From assembly GCA_963840455.1 (NCBI GenBank), contig CAWIYV010000014.1, positions 416,001 through 480,000 of the forward strand: a DNA stretch of 64,000 nucleotides, given 5' to 3'. How positions within the stretch are numbered: the stretch's first letter is position 1; each line of letters begins with the position of its first letter. Shown here piece by piece: positions 47,201-63,655 of this stretch. The position numbers were made by a program, and so were the translations under genes. Below the pieces are notes generated by a model. That model saw nothing but the letters and a program-made list of their open reading frames with translations, was not told where the DNA came from and ran no database searches. The DNA is from Nitrospirota bacterium (GTDB lineage Bacteria; Nitrospirota; UBA9217).

Positions 47201-48258
47201 GTATCCGCCGGATTCTCATCGGCAAGACCACAGCCGACAAGGTAGCGAACTCCAAGACCGGAAAAACGGAGATTGCGAAGGGGAAGAAGATCTCCGCCGA
47301 CATGCTGGACAAGATCCCGGAGAAGGAGCTTGCCAAGATCAAGGTTGAGTCCGAAGATTACCCGGCGAAGCTGCAGGAGATCCTGGACAGCGCCGAGAAC
47401 CAGCTCGGCATCCTGGAGTCCATCTACGACGAGAAGATCGGCCGCCTCAAACGGGGCGATGACCTTCCCCCGGGCGTGGTGAAGCTCGTGAAGGTCTATG
47501 TCGCGATGAAGCGCAAACTCTCCGTTGGCGACAAGATGGCTGGCCGTCACGGGAACAAGGGCGTCGTATCCCGGATCGTTCCCGAGGAGGACATGCCTTA
47601 CCTACCCGACGGGACGCCTGTCGAGATCGTCCTGAATCCCCTGGGCGTGCCGTCCCGTATGAACGTGGGCCAAATCCTTGAGACCCATCTTGGCTGGGCT
47701 GCCAAGGCCCTGGGCCTGCATGTGGCCACGCCCGTGTTCGATGGCGCGACCGAGGAGCAGATCAAGAGCCTGCTCAAGGATGCGAAACTGCCGAAGACGG
47801 GCCAGTCCGTCCTCTATGACGGCCGCACCGGCGACCCGTACGACAAGCCGGTCACTGTCGGCTATATGTACATGCTGAAGCTGCACCATCTTGTGGACGA
47901 CAAGCTGCATGCGCGGTCCATTGGCCCCTATTCCCTGGTCACGCAGCAGCCCCTGGGCGGCAAGGCCCAGTTCGGCGGCCAGCGGCTCGGTGAGATGGAG
48001 GTCTGGGCGCTCCAGGCCTACGGCGCCGCCTACTGCCTCCAGGAGTTCCTCACGGTGAAGTCCGACGACGTGTCGGGCAGGGCAAAGATCTACGAGGCCA
48101 TCGTGAAGGGCGAGCATACCCTGGAGCCGGGGCTTCCCGAGTCGTTCTACGTCCTCATCAAGGAGCTCCAGAGCCTCTGTCTTGATGTGGAGCTGATCGA
48201 GCGGAAGAACGGCAAGGAGCGGCTGATCGGGCTTGAAAAGATCTCATCGGCCCGGTAG
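44269..48258 (+). CDS. rpoB: RNA polymerase beta subunit
   Basis: [34 protein letters not shown]. Confidence 0.99.
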   Translation: MSKEKREMIRVRKDFSRIPTILEIPDLIEIQKRSYDTFLQKDLASDKRKDMGLQAAFKSVYPIYDFNETAMVDYLGYSLGEPKYTLWECLQRGATFAAPLKIKIRLVFFDKDEQAGTKRVKDIKEQEVYVGDLPLMTENGTFIVNGTERVVVSQLHRSPGAFFTHDKGRTHASGKILYSARIIPYRGSWLDFEFDVKDIVYVRIDRRRKIPATILLKAFGYSNEDLLRMYYPIEDIKIKKDGFTRNVSDVLAGHKAPATITEKGSREQIVKEGAKITKMAIKKMEAAGINEIPISREELVDRVVLRDVIDPETGEVLLPANEKISDQFLTRVAATKVEKMEVIYMDGIHVIPAMRDTLLADKVQTSDEALLEIYRKMRPGEPPTVDMARNLFAGMFFNPKRYDLSPVGRLKLNKKLNLDIPLEKTTLTAQDVVEVIRYLVNLRTGKGEVDDIDHLGNRRVRSVGELLENQIRVGLARMERAIKERMSLQDVDALMPHDIINPKPVIAAIKEFFGSSQLSQFMDQTNPLAEITHKRRLSALGPGGLTRERAGFEVRDVHTTHYGRICPIETPEGPNIGLIVSLATYARVNDYGFIEAPYRQVKLGRVTEEIEYLSAVDGENYVIAQANTPLDSRGKIAVDSVSARVGGEFMLVTAEEVQYMDVSPKQIVSVSAALIPFLENDDANRALMGSNMQRQAVPLLRPQAPVVGTGMERVAARDSGAIIGAKRDGIVEAVDSTAIVVKGEDARGRTVVDNYPLTKFHRSNQNTCMNQKSIVRVGDKIKKGQVIADGPATDLGELALGQNVLVAFMPWSGFNFEDAIIISEKLVKEDRYTSIHIEEFEIEARDTKLGKEEITRDIPNLGEETLRNLDENGIIRIGAEVMPGDILVGKVTPKGETQLTPEEKLLRAIFGEKAGDVRDASLYAPPGIEGTVIDVKVFSRKGEDKNERLKTQESEEITRLQKEYSEEKKAIQEDKYKRIRRILIGKTTADKVANSKTGKTEIAKGKKISADMLDKIPEKELAKIKVESEDYPAKLQEILDSAENQLGILESIYDEKIGRLKRGDDLPPGVVKLVKVYVAMKRKLSVGDKMAGRHGNKGVVSRIVPEEDMPYLPDGTPVEIVLNPLGVPSRMNVGQILETHLGWAAKALGLHVATPVFDGATEEQIKSLLKDAKLPKTGQSVLYDGRTGDPYDKPVTVGYMYMLKLHHLVDDKLHARSIGPYSLVTQQPLGGKAQFGGQRLGEMEVWALQAYGAAYCLQEFLTVKSDDVSGRAKIYEAIVKGEHTLEPGLPESFYVLIKELQSLCLDVELIERKNGKERLIGLEKISSAR

Positions 48259-48346
48259 CTTGGCGCGGATGGCTGCAGGAAATTGGACAGGAACTAATCA
48301 ATAGCTAGGTGAGCGGGGCCGAGTGGCCCCTTTCAGGAGGTTGACC

Positions 48347-52477
<4,131 letters not shown>

Positions 52478-52491
52478 GGAATCCAAGTCAG

Positions 52492-52527
52492 GCGGGAGCC
52501 GTTGTCACGCGGTTCCCGCTTTTTGTT
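52492..52527 (+). terminator. Intrinsic terminator after rpoC
   Basis: gcgggagccg...cggttcccgc followed by tttttgtt. Confidence 0.8.
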
Positions 52528-52573
52528 CCCCAGAACGATCGATAACTTTTTCACAAAAAGGCCGAAAAAAGCC

Positions 52574-52602
52574 TTGACAAGGTATTAATAGATAAGTATA
52601 AT
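52574..52602 (+). promoter_or_regulatory. Sigma70 promoter of the str operon
   Basis: TTGACA-17 bp-TATAAT, perfect consensus. Confidence 0.85.
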
Positions 52603-52675
52603 CATCGGGTTTTGACTCAACTAAAGTAAGTTTTTTTGCGTTAGTCATCTACTTGTTTTTTAAGGAGTTATTGTC

Positions 52676-53047
52676 ATGCCTACGATCAGCCAGCTGGTAA
52701 GAAAGGGCCGGACGCTCGCGTCGAGCAAGACCAAGAGTCCCGCACTCAAGGCATGCCCCCAGAAACGGGGTGTCTGCATCAGGGTGTACACCACGACGCC
52801 GAAGAAGCCGAACTCAGCTCTTCGCAAGGTCGCCAGGGTGCGGCTTACGAACCAGATGGAGGTCACGACGTACATCCCGGGCGTAGGACACAATCTTCAG
52901 GAGCATTCCATCGTCATGATCCGCGGCGGCAGGGTGAAGGACCTTCCCGGCGTACGCTATCACATCGTCCGCGGCACGCTGGATACCGTGGGCGTGGCCA
53001 ATCGCAAGCAGGGTCGTTCCAAATACGGAGCAAAGAGGCCGAAGTAA
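52676..53047 (+). CDS. rpsL: 30S ribosomal protein S12
   Basis: [21 protein letters not shown]. Confidence 0.99.
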   Translation: MPTISQLVRKGRTLASSKTKSPALKACPQKRGVCIRVYTTTPKKPNSALRKVARVRLTNQMEVTTYIPGVGHNLQEHSIVMIRGGRVKDLPGVRYHIVRGTLDTVGVANRKQGRSKYGAKRPK

Positions 53048-53104
53048 GCACTATTCAGCGCTATCAAGAAGCATATCAGCCACTCATAAACAGGAAAGCA
53101 AACT

Positions 53105-53575
53105 ATGCCGAGAAAACAGGTTGTCGTAAAAAGAGAGATCCTTCCCGATCCGAAGTTCAACAGCAAGATGCTCGCCAAGTTCGTGAACGTGCTCATGCGC
53201 AAGGGCAAGAAGAGCACGGCAGAGGCCATCTGCTACAAGGCGCTCGACCGCATCCAGCAGAAGACGAACGGCGATCCCATCGCTATCTTCAAGAAGGCTG
53301 TTGAGAACGTGAAGCCGACCCTCGAGGTTAAGTCGCGCCGGGTGGGCGGCGCATCCTATCAGGTGCCCATCGAGGTCAAGCAGCCGCGCAGGCTCTCCCT
53401 GGCATTCCGCTGGCTCAGACTTTATGCTGAGCAGCGCCCGGAGAAGTCCATGGTTGACAAACTGGCGGGAGAGATCCTCGATGCGTCGAACAACACCGGC
53501 GCAGCAGTCAAGAAAAGAGAAGACGTGCACCGCATGGCGGATGCGAACAAGGCATTTGCCCATTATCGCTGGTAA
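53105..53575 (+). CDS. rpsG: 30S ribosomal protein S7
   Basis: [21 protein letters not shown]. Confidence 0.99.
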   Translation: MPRKQVVVKREILPDPKFNSKMLAKFVNVLMRKGKKSTAEAICYKALDRIQQKTNGDPIAIFKKAVENVKPTLEVKSRRVGGASYQVPIEVKQPRRLSLAFRWLRLYAEQRPEKSMVDKLAGEILDASNNTGAAVKKREDVHRMADANKAFAHYRW

Positions 53576-53601
53576 GGTGTTCAAGGAGAGCGGAGGAAGT
53601 T

Positions 53602-55692
53602 TTGGCTAGGCAGTATTCACTGGAAAACACGAGAAACATCGGGATCATGGCCCACATCGACGCCGGCAAGACGACGACGACCGAGCGGATCCTGTATTAT
53701 ACCGGTGTGTCCTATAAGATCGGCGAAGTGCACGACGGTACTGCGGTCATGGACTGGATGGTGCAGGAGCAGGAGCGCGGCATAACCATCACCTCTGCTG
53801 CGACGACCTGCTTCTGGCGGGACAAGCGCATCAACATCATCGATACGCCCGGCCACGTGGACTTTACGATCGAAGTGGAGCGTTCGCTCCGCGTGCTTGA
53901 TGGCGCAGTTGCTGCCTTCGACTCGGTGAGCGGTGTGGAGCCCCAGTCCGAGACGGTCTGGCGCCAGGCGGACAAATATCAGGTCCCGCGCATCGCGTTC
54001 ATGAACAAGATGGACCGCATCGGAGCGGACTTTTACATGAGCGTCCAGTCAATGATCGACCGGCTTGGCGCGAATCCGCTGCCGATCCAGCTCCCCATCG
54101 GTGCCGAGGACAAGTTCCGCGGCTGTATTGACCTGGTCAAGATGAAGGCTGTGCTGTTCGATGACGAGACCCTCGGCGCAAAGTATGTCGTTGGGGATAT
54201 CCCTGCGGACCTGCTGCCCAAGGCGAAGGAATACCGCACCTCGATGATCGAGAAGCTCGCCGATGTCGACGACGTCATTGCGGACAAGTTCCTGAACGAC
54301 CAGCAGCCGACCGAGGCCGAGATCATGGCGGCAATCCGCAAGGGAACGATTGCCATGAGCATCTTCCCGGTCATCTGCGGATCGGCGTTCAAGAACAAGG
54401 GCGTACAGCTGCTGCTGGATGCGGTCGTGGACTATCTTCCGTCTCCGCTCGATATCCCGCCGGTCACCGGCATTGGACCAAAGGGCGAGGAGGTCGTCCG
54501 CAAGACCTCTGACAGCGAGCCATTTGCCGCCGTGGCGTTCAAGATCATGACCGATCCCTTCGTGGGCCAGCTCACGTTCATCCGGGTCTATTCCGGGACG
54601 CTGACCTCCGGATCGTATGTGTACAACTCGACCAAGGGTACGAGGGAGCGCGTCGGCAGACTGCTCAAGATGCATGCGAACAAACGAGAAGAGATCGAGC
54701 AGATCTATTCCGGCGATATTTGTGCGGCCGTGGGCCTTAAGAGCACGCTTACGGGGCATACGCTCTGCGATGAAAAATCCTCTGTTATCCTGGAGGCGAT
54801 GACCTTTCCGGAGCCCGTGATCTCGGTGGCCATTGAGCCCAAGACCAAGGCTGACCAGGAAAAACTCGGCCTCTCGCTTCAGAAGCTCATGCAGGAAGAC
54901 CCCTCGTTCCGCGTGTTCACCGATCAGGAAACGGGGCAGACGATCATCTCGGGCATGGGTGAGCTTCACCTCGAGATCATCGTGGACCGGCTCATGCGTG
55001 AGTTCAAGGTTGACGCGAACGTGGGTAAGCCCCAGGTCGCCTATCGTGAAACGATCAAGAAGAAGGTCACTGCCGAGGGCAAGTACATCCGCCAGACCGG
55101 AGGCCGCGGCCAGTATGGCCATGCGGTGCTGGAGCTTGAGCCTCAGGAGCCCGGGAAGGGCTTTGAGTTCGTGAACAAGACGGTTGGCGGTTCGGTCCCC
55201 AAGGAATACGTCGCTCCGATCGAGAAGGGCATTGTAGAGGCCATGGAGAACGGCGTGCTCGCCGGCTATCCCGTGGTCGATATCAAGATCACCCTCATCG
55301 ACGGGTCCTATCATGACGTGGACTCATCGGAAATGGCCTTTAAGATCGCCGGCTCCATGGCTTTTAAAGAAGGAGCAAATAAGGCTGCACCGACATTGCT
55401 CGAACCGATCATGGCAGTCGAGGTCGTCTGCGCCGAGGAGTACATGGGTGACATCATCGGTGACCTCAACTCCCGTCGCGGCCGGGTGCAGGGCATGAAC
55501 ATGCGGGGTGCGGGGCGGGTCATCACGGCACAGGTGCCGCTTTCCGAGATGTTCGGTTATGCCACGGACATCCGGTCCAAGACCCAGGGCCGCGCGACCT
55601 ATACGATGCAGTTCGCGCATTATGAGGAAGTGCCGAAGAACATATCCGAGCAAATCATCGCCAAGGTGAAGGGCGAGACCGTCAAGAAGTAG
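53602..55692 (+). CDS. fusA: Elongation factor G (TTG start)
   Basis: [28 protein letters not shown]. Confidence 0.99.
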   Translation: MARQYSLENTRNIGIMAHIDAGKTTTTERILYYTGVSYKIGEVHDGTAVMDWMVQEQERGITITSAATTCFWRDKRINIIDTPGHVDFTIEVERSLRVLDGAVAAFDSVSGVEPQSETVWRQADKYQVPRIAFMNKMDRIGADFYMSVQSMIDRLGANPLPIQLPIGAEDKFRGCIDLVKMKAVLFDDETLGAKYVVGDIPADLLPKAKEYRTSMIEKLADVDDVIADKFLNDQQPTEAEIMAAIRKGTIAMSIFPVICGSAFKNKGVQLLLDAVVDYLPSPLDIPPVTGIGPKGEEVVRKTSDSEPFAAVAFKIMTDPFVGQLTFIRVYSGTLTSGSYVYNSTKGTRERVGRLLKMHANKREEIEQIYSGDICAAVGLKSTLTGHTLCDEKSSVILEAMTFPEPVISVAIEPKTKADQEKLGLSLQKLMQEDPSFRVFTDQETGQTIISGMGELHLEIIVDRLMREFKVDANVGKPQVAYRETIKKKVTAEGKYIRQTGGRGQYGHAVLELEPQEPGKGFEFVNKTVGGSVPKEYVAPIEKGIVEAMENGVLAGYPVVDIKITLIDGSYHDVDSSEMAFKIAGSMAFKEGANKAAPTLLEPIMAVEVVCAEEYMGDIIGDLNSRRGRVQGMNMRGAGRVITAQVPLSEMFGYATDIRSKTQGRATYTMQFAHYEEVPKNISEQIIAKVKGETVKK

Positions 55693-55735
55693 TTCGGCAA
55701 AATAGGATTTCATCTTCCCAAGAGGAGGCGGGAAC

Positions 55736-56935
55736 ATGGCAAAAGCGAAATTTGAGAGAACGAAGCCGCATGTGAACGTGGGGACCATCGGCCACGTTGA
55801 CCACGGCAAGACGACGCTGACGGCTGCGATCACGAAGGTGCTGGCGTTCAAGAACATGGCCAGCTTCGTGTCGTACGACAACATCGACAAGGCGCCCGAG
55901 GAACGGGAGCGCGGCATCACGATCGCGACGGCGCACGTGGAGTACCAGACCGAGAAGCGCCACTACGCCCATGTGGACTGCCCGGGCCATGCCGATTACA
56001 TCAAGAACATGATCACCGGCGCGGCGCAGATGGACGGAGCGATCCTGGTGGTCTCGGCCGCTGACGGCCCCATGCCCCAGACGCGCGAGCACATCCTTTT
56101 GGCCCGCCAGGTTGGCGTGCCCTATATCGTCGTGTACATGAACAAGGTCGACATGGTCGACGATCCCGAGCTCCTGGAGCTGGTCGAACTTGAGGTCCGC
56201 GAGCTCCTGTCCAAGTACCAGTTCCCCGGCGACAAGACCCCGATCATCAAAGGCAGCGCCCTGAAGGCGCTCCAGAGCGAGAGCAAGGACATCAATGCGC
56301 CCGAGTACAAGAGCATCCTTGAACTCATGGACGCCCTGGACAGCTACATTCCCCAGCCCAAGCGCGACATCGACAAGCCCTACCTGATGCCCATCGAGGA
56401 CGTGTTCTCCATCGCCGGCCGCGGCACCGTGGTGACGGGCCGCATCGAGCGGGGCATCGTGAAAGTGGGCGACGAGATCGAGATCGTGGGCATTAAGCCC
56501 ACGCAGAAGACCGTGGTCACCGGTGTTGAGATGTTCCGGAAGCTCCTGGATTCGGGCGAGGCCGGCGACAATGTCGGCGTCCTGCTCCGGGGCGTGAAGA
56601 AGGAAGAAGTGGAGCGCGGCATGGTCCTGGCCAAGCCCGGGAGCATCACCCCGCACACGAAGTTCAAGGCCGAGGCCTACGTTCTGACGAAGGAAGAGGG
56701 CGGCCGCCACACCCCGTTCTTCAAGGGATACCGTCCGCAGTTCTACTTCCGGACGACGGACGTGACGGGCGTGGTGACGCTGGCCGAAGGCGTCGAGATG
56801 GTGATGCCGGGCGACAACATGAGCTGCAGCGTTGAGCTCATCACCCCCATCGCCATGGACAAGGAGCTCCGGTTCGCCATCCGCGAGGGCGGCCGCACCG
56901 TGGGCGCCGGCGTGATCACCGAAGTGATCGAGTAA
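55736..56935 (+). CDS. tuf: Elongation factor Tu (copy 2)
   Basis: Protein identical to 39130-40329. Confidence 0.99.
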   Translation: MAKAKFERTKPHVNVGTIGHVDHGKTTLTAAITKVLAFKNMASFVSYDNIDKAPEERERGITIATAHVEYQTEKRHYAHVDCPGHADYIKNMITGAAQMDGAILVVSAADGPMPQTREHILLARQVGVPYIVVYMNKVDMVDDPELLELVELEVRELLSKYQFPGDKTPIIKGSALKALQSESKDINAPEYKSILELMDALDSYIPQPKRDIDKPYLMPIEDVFSIAGRGTVVTGRIERGIVKVGDEIEIVGIKPTQKTVVTGVEMFRKLLDSGEAGDNVGVLLRGVKKEEVERGMVLAKPGSITPHTKFKAEAYVLTKEEGGRHTPFFKGYRPQFYFRTTDVTGVVTLAEGVEMVMPGDNMSCSVELITPIAMDKELRFAIREGGRTVGAGVITEVIE

Positions 56936-56962
56936 GCAAGAAACGAGAGGAAGGGCGACTCA

Positions 56963-57268
56963 GTGACGCAGAAGATCAGGATACGGCTTAAAGGATATGA
57001 CCATCGTCTGCTGGACCAGTCGGTGGTGGAGATCATGGACACGGCAAAGCGGACCGGCGCCAAAGTATCGGGCCCCATTCCGTTGCCGACCCGGATCAAC
57101 CGCTGGACGGTGCTCCGTTCGCCCCATGTGGACAAGAAATCACGGGAACAGTTCGAGATCAGGACGCACAAGCGGCTCCTCGATATCCTGGACCCGACAC
57201 CGCAGACCGTGGATGCGCTGATGAAGCTCGACCTCGCTGCAGGTGTTGACGTGGAGATCAAGCTCTAA
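56963..57268 (+). CDS. rpsJ: 30S ribosomal protein S10
   Basis: [21 protein letters not shown]. Confidence 0.98.
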   Translation: MTQKIRIRLKGYDHRLLDQSVVEIMDTAKRTGAKVSGPIPLPTRINRWTVLRSPHVDKKSREQFEIRTHKRLLDILDPTPQTVDALMKLDLAAGVDVEIKL

Positions 57269-57325
57269 CCAGAGAGACCGGCGTGAACGGATTGATGTTC
57301 ACGGTCGTGGTAAAGGGACCATACA

Positions 57326-57937
57326 ATGAGCGTAGGCATTATTGGAAAAAAGCTCGGCATGAGCCAGGTGTTCGACGGCAGGGAACTGGTCCCGGTCACG
57401 GTGATCCAGGCCGGGCCGTGCAAGGTCGTGCAGAAGAAGACCGTGGCGAAGGACGGCTACGAGGCCGTGCAGCTCGCCTTCCAGGAAGAGAAGAAGCAGG
57501 GGCGGGTCACCAAGGCGGCCGCGGGCCACTTCAAAAAGTCCGAAACGGTGCCGCACCGGTTCCTCCGCGAATTTCGCATGGCGGGGTACGAGCAGGGGCA
57601 GGACGTGAAGGTGGACATCTTCAAAAAAGGCGAGCTGATCGCCGTCAGCGGCGTGAGCAAGGGCAAGGGCTTTGCCGGTGTTATGAAGCGGCATAACTTC
57701 GCGGGCGGTCCCGGTGGCCACGGTTCCATGTTCAACCGCGCGCCGGGCTCCATCGGCGCCAGTGCCTATCCCTCGCGCGTGTGGCCTGGCAAGAAACTTC
57801 CGGGACACATGGGCTCTGCCACGGTCACGGTGAAAAACTTGAAGATCATCGAAGTGCGGCCCGATCAGAACCTGCTGTTCGTGCGCGGTGCGGTACCCGG
57901 CGGCGACAACGCGCTGGTCCTGATCACCAAGGGATAA
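57326..57937 (+). CDS. rplC: 50S ribosomal protein L3
   Basis: GKKLGMSQVF, SKGKGFAG, RAPGSIG. Confidence 0.98.
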   Translation: MSVGIIGKKLGMSQVFDGRELVPVTVIQAGPCKVVQKKTVAKDGYEAVQLAFQEEKKQGRVTKAAAGHFKKSETVPHRFLREFRMAGYEQGQDVKVDIFKKGELIAVSGVSKGKGFAGVMKRHNFAGGPGGHGSMFNRAPGSIGASAYPSRVWPGKKLPGHMGSATVTVKNLKIIEVRPDQNLLFVRGAVPGGDNALVLITKG

Positions 57938-57961
57938 TAAGACAGATAGAGGGTCTCTACA

Positions 57962-58585
57962 ATGGCATCAGTAGCGATGGTTGATATGAGCAACAAGAAG
58001 GTGAAGGACGTGGAGCTTCCCGCCGTGTTCGGCGTGGAGGTGAAGTCCCATCTGCTCCATTCGGCGGTAGTGAACCAGCTTGCCAACCGGCGGGCCGGAA
58101 CCGCGGCCACGAAGACGAAGGGACTGGTGAGCGGCGGCGGCAAAAAGCCGTTCAAGCAGAAGGGCACGGGCCGCGCACGTGCGGGCAGCACCCGTTCTCC
58201 GCTCTGGCGGCACGGCGGAACGGTCTTTGGACCGACCCCGCGTGACTACTCCTACAGCATGCCCAAGAAGGAGAAGCGTGCTGCACTGGCGGCAGCCCTT
58301 TCCTCGAAGGTGAACGACAACCGGATGGTCCTTTTGGACAAACTGGAGCTTGCCGGGCCCCGGACGAAGCAGATGGCGGAGCTCCTGAAGGCCCTCGGCG
58401 TGGCCGAGAGCGCACTGGTGCTGATCACTGCTGAGAACAAGAACGTGGCCCTCGCGTCGCGAAACATGCCGAACGTCAAGGTCCTCCGGATGGAGAACAT
58501 CAACGTGTACGATCTCCTCAAGTACCGGTACCTGATCACGACGCAGGACGCGCTCACCACCATGCAGGAGGTATACGGGAAATGA
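57962..58585 (+). CDS. rplD: 50S ribosomal protein L4
   Basis: KPFKQKGTGRARAGS. Confidence 0.98.
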   Translation: MASVAMVDMSNKKVKDVELPAVFGVEVKSHLLHSAVVNQLANRRAGTAATKTKGLVSGGGKKPFKQKGTGRARAGSTRSPLWRHGGTVFGPTPRDYSYSMPKKEKRAALAAALSSKVNDNRMVLLDKLELAGPRTKQMAELLKALGVAESALVLITAENKNVALASRNMPNVKVLRMENINVYDLLKYRYLITTQDALTTMQEVYGK

Positions 58586-58875
58586 CGATGGACCATTATG
58601 ACATTATCCGGGTACCCCGCATCACGGAGAAAGGCTCGCGTCTGAAGGAACAGAGCAATGTACTGACGTTCGAAGTGCGGAACGATGCCAACAAGGTCCA
58701 GGTCCGTAAGGCGATCGAGGGCATTTTCAAGGTGAAGGTGCTTGACGTGACCACGGTGAACGTCGCGGGCAAGAAGAAGCGCATGGGTGCGCGGGTGGGC
58801 CGCAGGTCCGATTGGAAAAAAGCGTTTGTGACGCTGAAGCCAGGCGAAAAGATCGATATTTTTGAGGGTGCATAA
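58582..58875 (+). CDS. rplW: 50S ribosomal protein L23
   Basis: [14 protein letters not shown]. Confidence 0.97.
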   Translation: MTMDHYDIIRVPRITEKGSRLKEQSNVLTFEVRNDANKVQVRKAIEGIFKVKVLDVTTVNVAGKKKRMGARVGRRSDWKKAFVTLKPGEKIDIFEGA

Positions 58876-58877
58876 TC

Positions 58878-59705
58878 ATGCCGGTAAAGAGCTATAATCC
58901 AACCTCCCCCGGGAGACGGTGGCAGACCGTATCGACGTTCGAGGAAGTGACGAGGAGCAGGCCCGAGAAGTCGCTCGTTGTCCGGGTCCCTGAGCAGGGC
59001 GGCAGGAACAACCGCGGCAAGATCACGGTCCGGTATCGGAGCGGTTGGCACAAGAAGAAGTACCGGATCATCGATTTTCAGAGGGAGAAGTTCGGCGTTC
59101 CCGCGAAGGTCGCCCACATCGAGTACGACCCGAACCGCACGGCACGCATTGCCCTGTTGCACTATGCTGACGGTGAGAAGCGCTACATCATCTCGCCGCT
59201 TGGCCTGAACGTCGGCGACACGGTCATGTCCGGGCCTGAAGCGGACATCAAAACGGGCAATGCGCTTCCCATGGCCTCGATCCCGGTGGGTACGGTGATC
59301 CACAATGTTGAGCTTAAGAAGGGTGCCGGCGGACAGCTCGCACGCAGTGCCGGGGCTTCGGTCCAGTTGCTGGCCCGGGAAGGCGACTATGCGACGCTCC
59401 GCCTCAACTCCGGCGAGGTCCGCAAGGTCCGCTCCGAGTGTATGGCAACGATCGGCCAGGTGGGTAACCTCGACCACGAGAACGTCAGCATCGGCAAGGC
59501 GGGCAGGGCGCGCTGGATGGGCAGGCGGCCGCGGGTCCGCGGCGTTGTCATGAACCCGGTAGACCATCCGCTGGGTGGCGGCGAAGGAAAATCCTCAGGC
59601 GGCCGACCGGGTTGTTCGCCATGGGGGCTTCCTGATGGGGTGAGAACAAGGAAAAACAAAAAAACGACCAAGCTTATTATTTCCAGAAGGACTAAGAGCA
59701 GGTAA
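58878..59705 (+). CDS. rplB: 50S ribosomal protein L2
   Basis: [25 protein letters not shown]. Confidence 0.98.
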   Translation: MPVKSYNPTSPGRRWQTVSTFEEVTRSRPEKSLVVRVPEQGGRNNRGKITVRYRSGWHKKKYRIIDFQREKFGVPAKVAHIEYDPNRTARIALLHYADGEKRYIISPLGLNVGDTVMSGPEADIKTGNALPMASIPVGTVIHNVELKKGAGGQLARSAGASVQLLAREGDYATLRLNSGEVRKVRSECMATIGQVGNLDHENVSIGKAGRARWMGRRPRVRGVVMNPVDHPLGGGEGKSSGGRPGCSPWGLPDGVRTRKNKKTTKLIISRRTKSR

Positions 59706-59717
59706 ACGGAGGGCGCA

Positions 59718-60008
59718 GTGCCGAGATCAGTTAAAAAAGGACCTTTTGTGGATGCGAGCCTCAGCAGGAAGATCGAGGCCATGAACACGTCGGGGGACAA
59801 GAAGATCCTGAAGACGTGGTCGCGGCGGTCGACCATCCTGCCGGAGTTCGTAGGCCATACCCTGGCCGTACATAACGGAAAGAAGTTCATCCCGGTCTAT
59901 TTGACCGAGAACATGGTGGGACACAAGCTCGGCGAGTTCTCGCCGACCAGGACCTTCAAGGGCCACGGCGGTTCCAAAGCCGCCGAAAAGGCCACCGCGC
60001 CCAAGTAA
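59718..60008 (+). CDS. rpsS: 30S ribosomal protein S19
   Basis: [20 protein letters not shown]. Confidence 0.98.
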   Translation: MPRSVKKGPFVDASLSRKIEAMNTSGDKKILKTWSRRSTILPEFVGHTLAVHNGKKFIPVYLTENMVGHKLGEFSPTRTFKGHGGSKAAEKATAPK

Positions 60009-60047
60009 CCATCGCCGGGTATCGGGCACTCAAGAGAGGACTGTAAC

Positions 60048-60377
60048 ATGGAAGCAAGCGCAACAGCCAAACATATACGGATCACACCGCGGAAGGCCCG
60101 CCTGGTGATCGATCTCATTCGCGGGAAGATGGTGGGCGACGCCAGGAGCATTCTTACGTTCACGCCGCTCCACGCTGCTCGCATCGTGAAGAAGGTCCTG
60201 GACTCGGCCGTTGCGAACGCCGAGCAGAAGAAACTTGGTGACGTTGATTCCCTCAAGATCGCGAAGGCCTATGTTAGCCAAGGTGTCGCAATGAAGCGGA
60301 TGCGCGCAGCCGCCATGGGCCGCGGGAACATGATCAAGAAGAGGACCAGCCACATAACGCTGGTACTGTCGGCATAG
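60048..60377 (+). CDS. rplV: 50S ribosomal protein L22
   Basis: PRKARLV, SAVANAE, KRTSHIT. Confidence 0.97.
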   Translation: MEASATAKHIRITPRKARLVIDLIRGKMVGDARSILTFTPLHAARIVKKVLDSAVANAEQKKLGDVDSLKIAKAYVSQGVAMKRMRAAAMGRGNMIKKRTSHITLVLSA

Positions 60378-60396
60378 ACGTTACTCTGGAGGCATA

Positions 60397-61038
60397 ATGG
60401 GTCAGAAAGTTCATCCGATCGGATTTCGGCTTGGGGTCATCAAAACATGGGACTCGCGCTGGTACGCAAAGAAGAACTATGCTTCGCTGCTGCACGAGGA
60501 CATCAAGATCCGGAACATTGTGAAAGAGCGGCTGACGCATGCCGGGGTCTCCAAGATCGAGATCGAGCGAGCCGGCCAGAAGGCGAAGATCAATATCCAT
60601 ACTGCCCGTCCCGGTATCATCATCGGAAAGAAGGGCGCCGAGGTCGACAAGCTCAAGAAGGACCTCGAGGCCATGACGGGCAAGCAGATGTTCATCAATA
60701 TCCAGGAGATCCGGAGGCCCGAGCTCGAAGCGCAGCTTGTGGCCGAGAACATCGCGCTGCAGCTCGAGCGTCGCATCGCCTTCCGCCGTGCTATGAAGAA
60801 GTCGGTCACTTCGGCCCTTCGCCTGGGCGCACAGGGGATCAAGATCACCTGCGCCGGCAGGTTGGCCGGATCGGAGATCGCCCGCACCGAGTGGTACCGT
60901 GAGGGACGAGTGCCGCTCCATACGCTGCGCGCCGATATCCAGTATGGTTTCGCCGAAGCCAAGACCACCATGGGTCAGATCGGCGTCAAGGTCTGGATCT
61001 ACAAGGGTGACGTGCTGCAGCCGGCCAAGGCGGTTTAA
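60397..61038 (+). CDS. rpsC: 30S ribosomal protein S3
   Basis: [25 protein letters not shown]. Confidence 0.98.
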   Translation: MGQKVHPIGFRLGVIKTWDSRWYAKKNYASLLHEDIKIRNIVKERLTHAGVSKIEIERAGQKAKINIHTARPGIIIGKKGAEVDKLKKDLEAMTGKQMFINIQEIRRPELEAQLVAENIALQLERRIAFRRAMKKSVTSALRLGAQGIKITCAGRLAGSEIARTEWYREGRVPLHTLRADIQYGFAEAKTTMGQIGVKVWIYKGDVLQPAKAV

Positions 61039-61089
61039 GGAAGGCGCAGAAAACAAGATTACCACGATCACAGATAAAGGATAAAGATC

Positions 61090-61506
61090 ATGTTAGCACC
61101 GAAACGGGTCAAGTTCAGAAAAATGCACAAAGGTCGGATGACCGGGACCGGCTACCGCGGTTCCGAGGTGAGCTACGGCGAGTATGGTCTTAAGGCCATG
61201 GAGCCAGCCTGGGTCTCGAGCCGTCAGATCGAGGCTGCCCGTATCGCGATGACGCGGTATGTGAAGCGGGGCGGCAAGATATGGATCCGCATATTCCCTG
61301 ACAAACCGATCACCAAGAAGCCCGCCGAGACCCGTATGGGGAAAGGCAAGGGCGCGCCTGAGTACTGGGTAGCGGTCGTGAAACCGGGCCGGGTGCTGTA
61401 CGAGATGGGCGGCGTTGATGAGTCCGTGGCCCGTGAGGCCTTCCGTCTCGCGGCGTACAAACTGCCCATGGCGACGAAGTTTATCTCTCGGGAGGCTGAA
61501 CTATGA
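61090..61506 (+). CDS. rplP: 50S ribosomal protein L16
   Basis: [17 protein letters not shown]. Confidence 0.98.
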   Translation: MLAPKRVKFRKMHKGRMTGTGYRGSEVSYGEYGLKAMEPAWVSSRQIEAARIAMTRYVKRGGKIWIRIFPDKPITKKPAETRMGKGKGAPEYWVAVVKPGRVLYEMGGVDESVAREAFRLAAYKLPMATKFISREAEL

Positions 61507-61703
61507 AGTCGAACGCGCGGGAGATGCGGGACCTGTCCCAAGAGGAACTGACGGCCAAGGCCGCGGAACTGAAAAAGGAGCTGTTCAACCTCCGGTTCCA
61601 GCAGGCCATGGGCCAGATCGAGAACCCCATGCGGCTCAGGACGCTCCGCAAGGACATCGCAAAAACCAAAACGATCTTAAGGGAAAAACATGGGCGAGTC
61701 TAA
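61503..61703 (+). CDS. rpmC: 50S ribosomal protein L29
   Basis: [16 protein letters not shown]. Confidence 0.95.
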   Translation: MKSNAREMRDLSQEELTAKAAELKKELFNLRFQQAMGQIENPMRLRTLRKDIAKTKTILREKHGRV

Positions 61704-61947
61704 TAAAAGAAAATCATTTATCGGTCGCGTGGTAAGTGACAAGATGGACAAGACGGTCGTGCTGGCAGTGACCCGGCGGATCGCGCACTCCCGCTACAAC
61801 AAAGTGGTGAAGCGTACGACCAAGTACAAGGCCCATGATGAGAAGAACGAGTGCAAGGTGGGCGACATGGTGCGGGTCATCGAGACCCGGCCCATCTCCA
61901 AGGACAAGCGCTGGAAGGTCCTTGAGATCGTTGAAAAGGCGATCTGA
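61690..61947 (+). CDS. rpsQ: 30S ribosomal protein S17
   Basis: [24 protein letters not shown]. Confidence 0.97.
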   Translation: MGESNKRKSFIGRVVSDKMDKTVVLAVTRRIAHSRYNKVVKRTTKYKAHDEKNECKVGDMVRVIETRPISKDKRWKVLEIVEKAI

Positions 61948-61992
61948 TCTCCAGAGCTCGAAATCAGAACAGCGAAGAGAAGGTACTAGACC

Positions 61993-62361
61993 ATGATCCA
62001 GCAGCAGACGGTTTTGGACGTAGCAGACAATTCGGGAGCAAAACGGGTGATGTGCATCAAGGTGCTCGGCGGTACCCGCAAACGGTATGCTTCCCTCGGG
62101 GACGTCATCGTGGTGGCCATCAAGACGGCGATACCCGACGGGCAGGCGAAGAAGGGCACCGTTGCCAAGGCGGTCGTTGTACGCACCGCCAAGGAAGTGC
62201 GCCGCCCCGACGGCTCCTATATCAAGTTCGACCGGAACGCGGCGGTGCTGATCAACAACGCGAACGAGCCGATCGGGACACGCATCTTCGGCCCCGTGGC
62301 GCGTGAGCTCCGCAGGAAGAACTTTATGAAGATCATTTCGTTGGCCCCGGAAGTGCTCTAG
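61993..62361 (+). CDS. rplN: 50S ribosomal protein L14
   Basis: [27 protein letters not shown]. Confidence 0.98.
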   Translation: MIQQQTVLDVADNSGAKRVMCIKVLGGTRKRYASLGDVIVVAIKTAIPDGQAKKGTVAKAVVVRTAKEVRRPDGSYIKFDRNAAVLINNANEPIGTRIFGPVARELRRKNFMKIISLAPEVL

Positions 62362-62408
62362 GGCACCGGCGGCAGGACGATCTCTGAACAAGAACAGGAA
62401 GAACGACA

Positions 62409-62720
62409 ATGCAGATCAAGAAGAATGACACCGTACTGGTCACATCCGGCAAAGAGAAGGGAAAACGCGGCAGGGTGATCGCCGTGTATCCGCGGGAGAA
62501 CCGGGTCCTGATCGAGAAGCTGAACATGATCAAGCGGCACACGAGGCCGAACCAGCAGCTCCGCCAGGGCGGGATCGTGGAGAAGGAAAGCCCCATCTCG
62601 GCTGCGAACGTTAAGCTCATTTGCGCAAAGTGCGACAAGCCCACCAGCATTGCCCGGAAGGCCCAGGGGGATGGGACCCGGGTCCGCGTGTGCAAGGCCT
62701 GTGACGCAACCTTGGAATAA
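62409..62720 (+). CDS. rplX: 50S ribosomal protein L24
   Basis: KOW motif SGKEKGKRG, GGIVEKESPI. Confidence 0.97.
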   Translation: MQIKKNDTVLVTSGKEKGKRGRVIAVYPRENRVLIEKLNMIKRHTRPNQQLRQGGIVEKESPISAANVKLICAKCDKPTSIARKAQGDGTRVRVCKACDATLE

Positions 62721-62741
62721 GTAGGTTAGGAAAAACGACCA

Positions 62742-63434
62742 ATGGCTGACAAGAAAGACAAGACAAAAGAAGCAAAGGGCGAGGAGAAGAAAAAGGCCCC
62801 GGCGAAAGCTGCGCCGGGAAAGGCCAAGGCTCCCGCCGCAGCAGCAAAGAAGGAGGCGAAGGCTGCTGCGCCTGCAGTGCGCGAAAAGGCGCCGACGCCC
62901 CGGCTCAAGGAGCGGTACCAGAAGGACGTGGTCCCCTCTCTGATGAAGCAGTTCAATTACAGGAATCCCATGCAGGTCCCCCGGCTGGTCAAGGTGGTCC
63001 TGAACATGGGGATGGGCGAGGCGATCTCGAATGCGAAGGCCCTCGACCATGCCGTCAGCGAGCTGGAGCTCATATCAGGACAACACCCGGTGATCACCCG
63101 TGCGAAGAAGTCCATTGCGACGTTCAAGCTCCGGGAGGGGATGCCGATCGGCTGCATGGTCACCCTCCGGAAGCAGCGCATGTTCGAGTTCCTGGACCGC
63201 TTCATCAGCGCGGCGCTGCCCCGCATCAGGGACTTTAAGGGCATCCCGAGCAAATCCTTCGATGGCAGGGGAAACTACTCGATCGGGATCAAGGAACAGA
63301 TCATTTTCCCGGAGATCGAGATCGACAAAGTAGACTCGATCCACGGTATGGATATTGTAATCGTCACGACGGCAAAGACAGATGAAGAGGGTCGGGCGCT
63401 GCTCGGCTATCTCGGCATGCCGTTCAGAAAGTAG
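62742..63434 (+). CDS. rplE: 50S ribosomal protein L5 with Lys/Ala-rich N-terminal extension
   Basis: [24 protein letters not shown]. Confidence 0.97.
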   Translation: MADKKDKTKEAKGEEKKKAPAKAAPGKAKAPAAAAKKEAKAAAPAVREKAPTPRLKERYQKDVVPSLMKQFNYRNPMQVPRLVKVVLNMGMGEAISNAKALDHAVSELELISGQHPVITRAKKSIATFKLREGMPIGCMVTLRKQRMFEFLDRFISAALPRIRDFKGIPSKSFDGRGNYSIGIKEQIIFPEIEIDKVDSIHGMDIVIVTTAKTDEEGRALLGYLGMPFRK

Positions 63435-63450
63435 CAAAGGCGGAGGCACC

Positions 63451-63636
63451 ATGGCAAAGAAGTCGTTGATCGCGAAGGCAAAGGCGGCACCCAAGTTCAA
63501 GGTGCGGGCATATCACCGTTGTCCGCTGTGCGGCAGGTCCCGGGGATATCTGAGAAAGTTCGACATGTGCCGCATTTGTTTCCGGAACAGGTCGCTCCGG
63601 GGCGAGATCCCGGGCGTAGTCAAGGCCAGTTGGTAA
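63451..63636 (+). CDS. rpsN: 30S ribosomal protein S14, zinc-binding type Z
   Basis: [27 protein letters not shown]. Confidence 0.97.
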   Translation: MAKKSLIAKAKAAPKFKVRAYHRCPLCGRSRGYLRKFDMCRICFRNRSLRGEIPGVVKASW

Positions 63637-63655
63637 GCGAGAGGGGTTTGAACCG

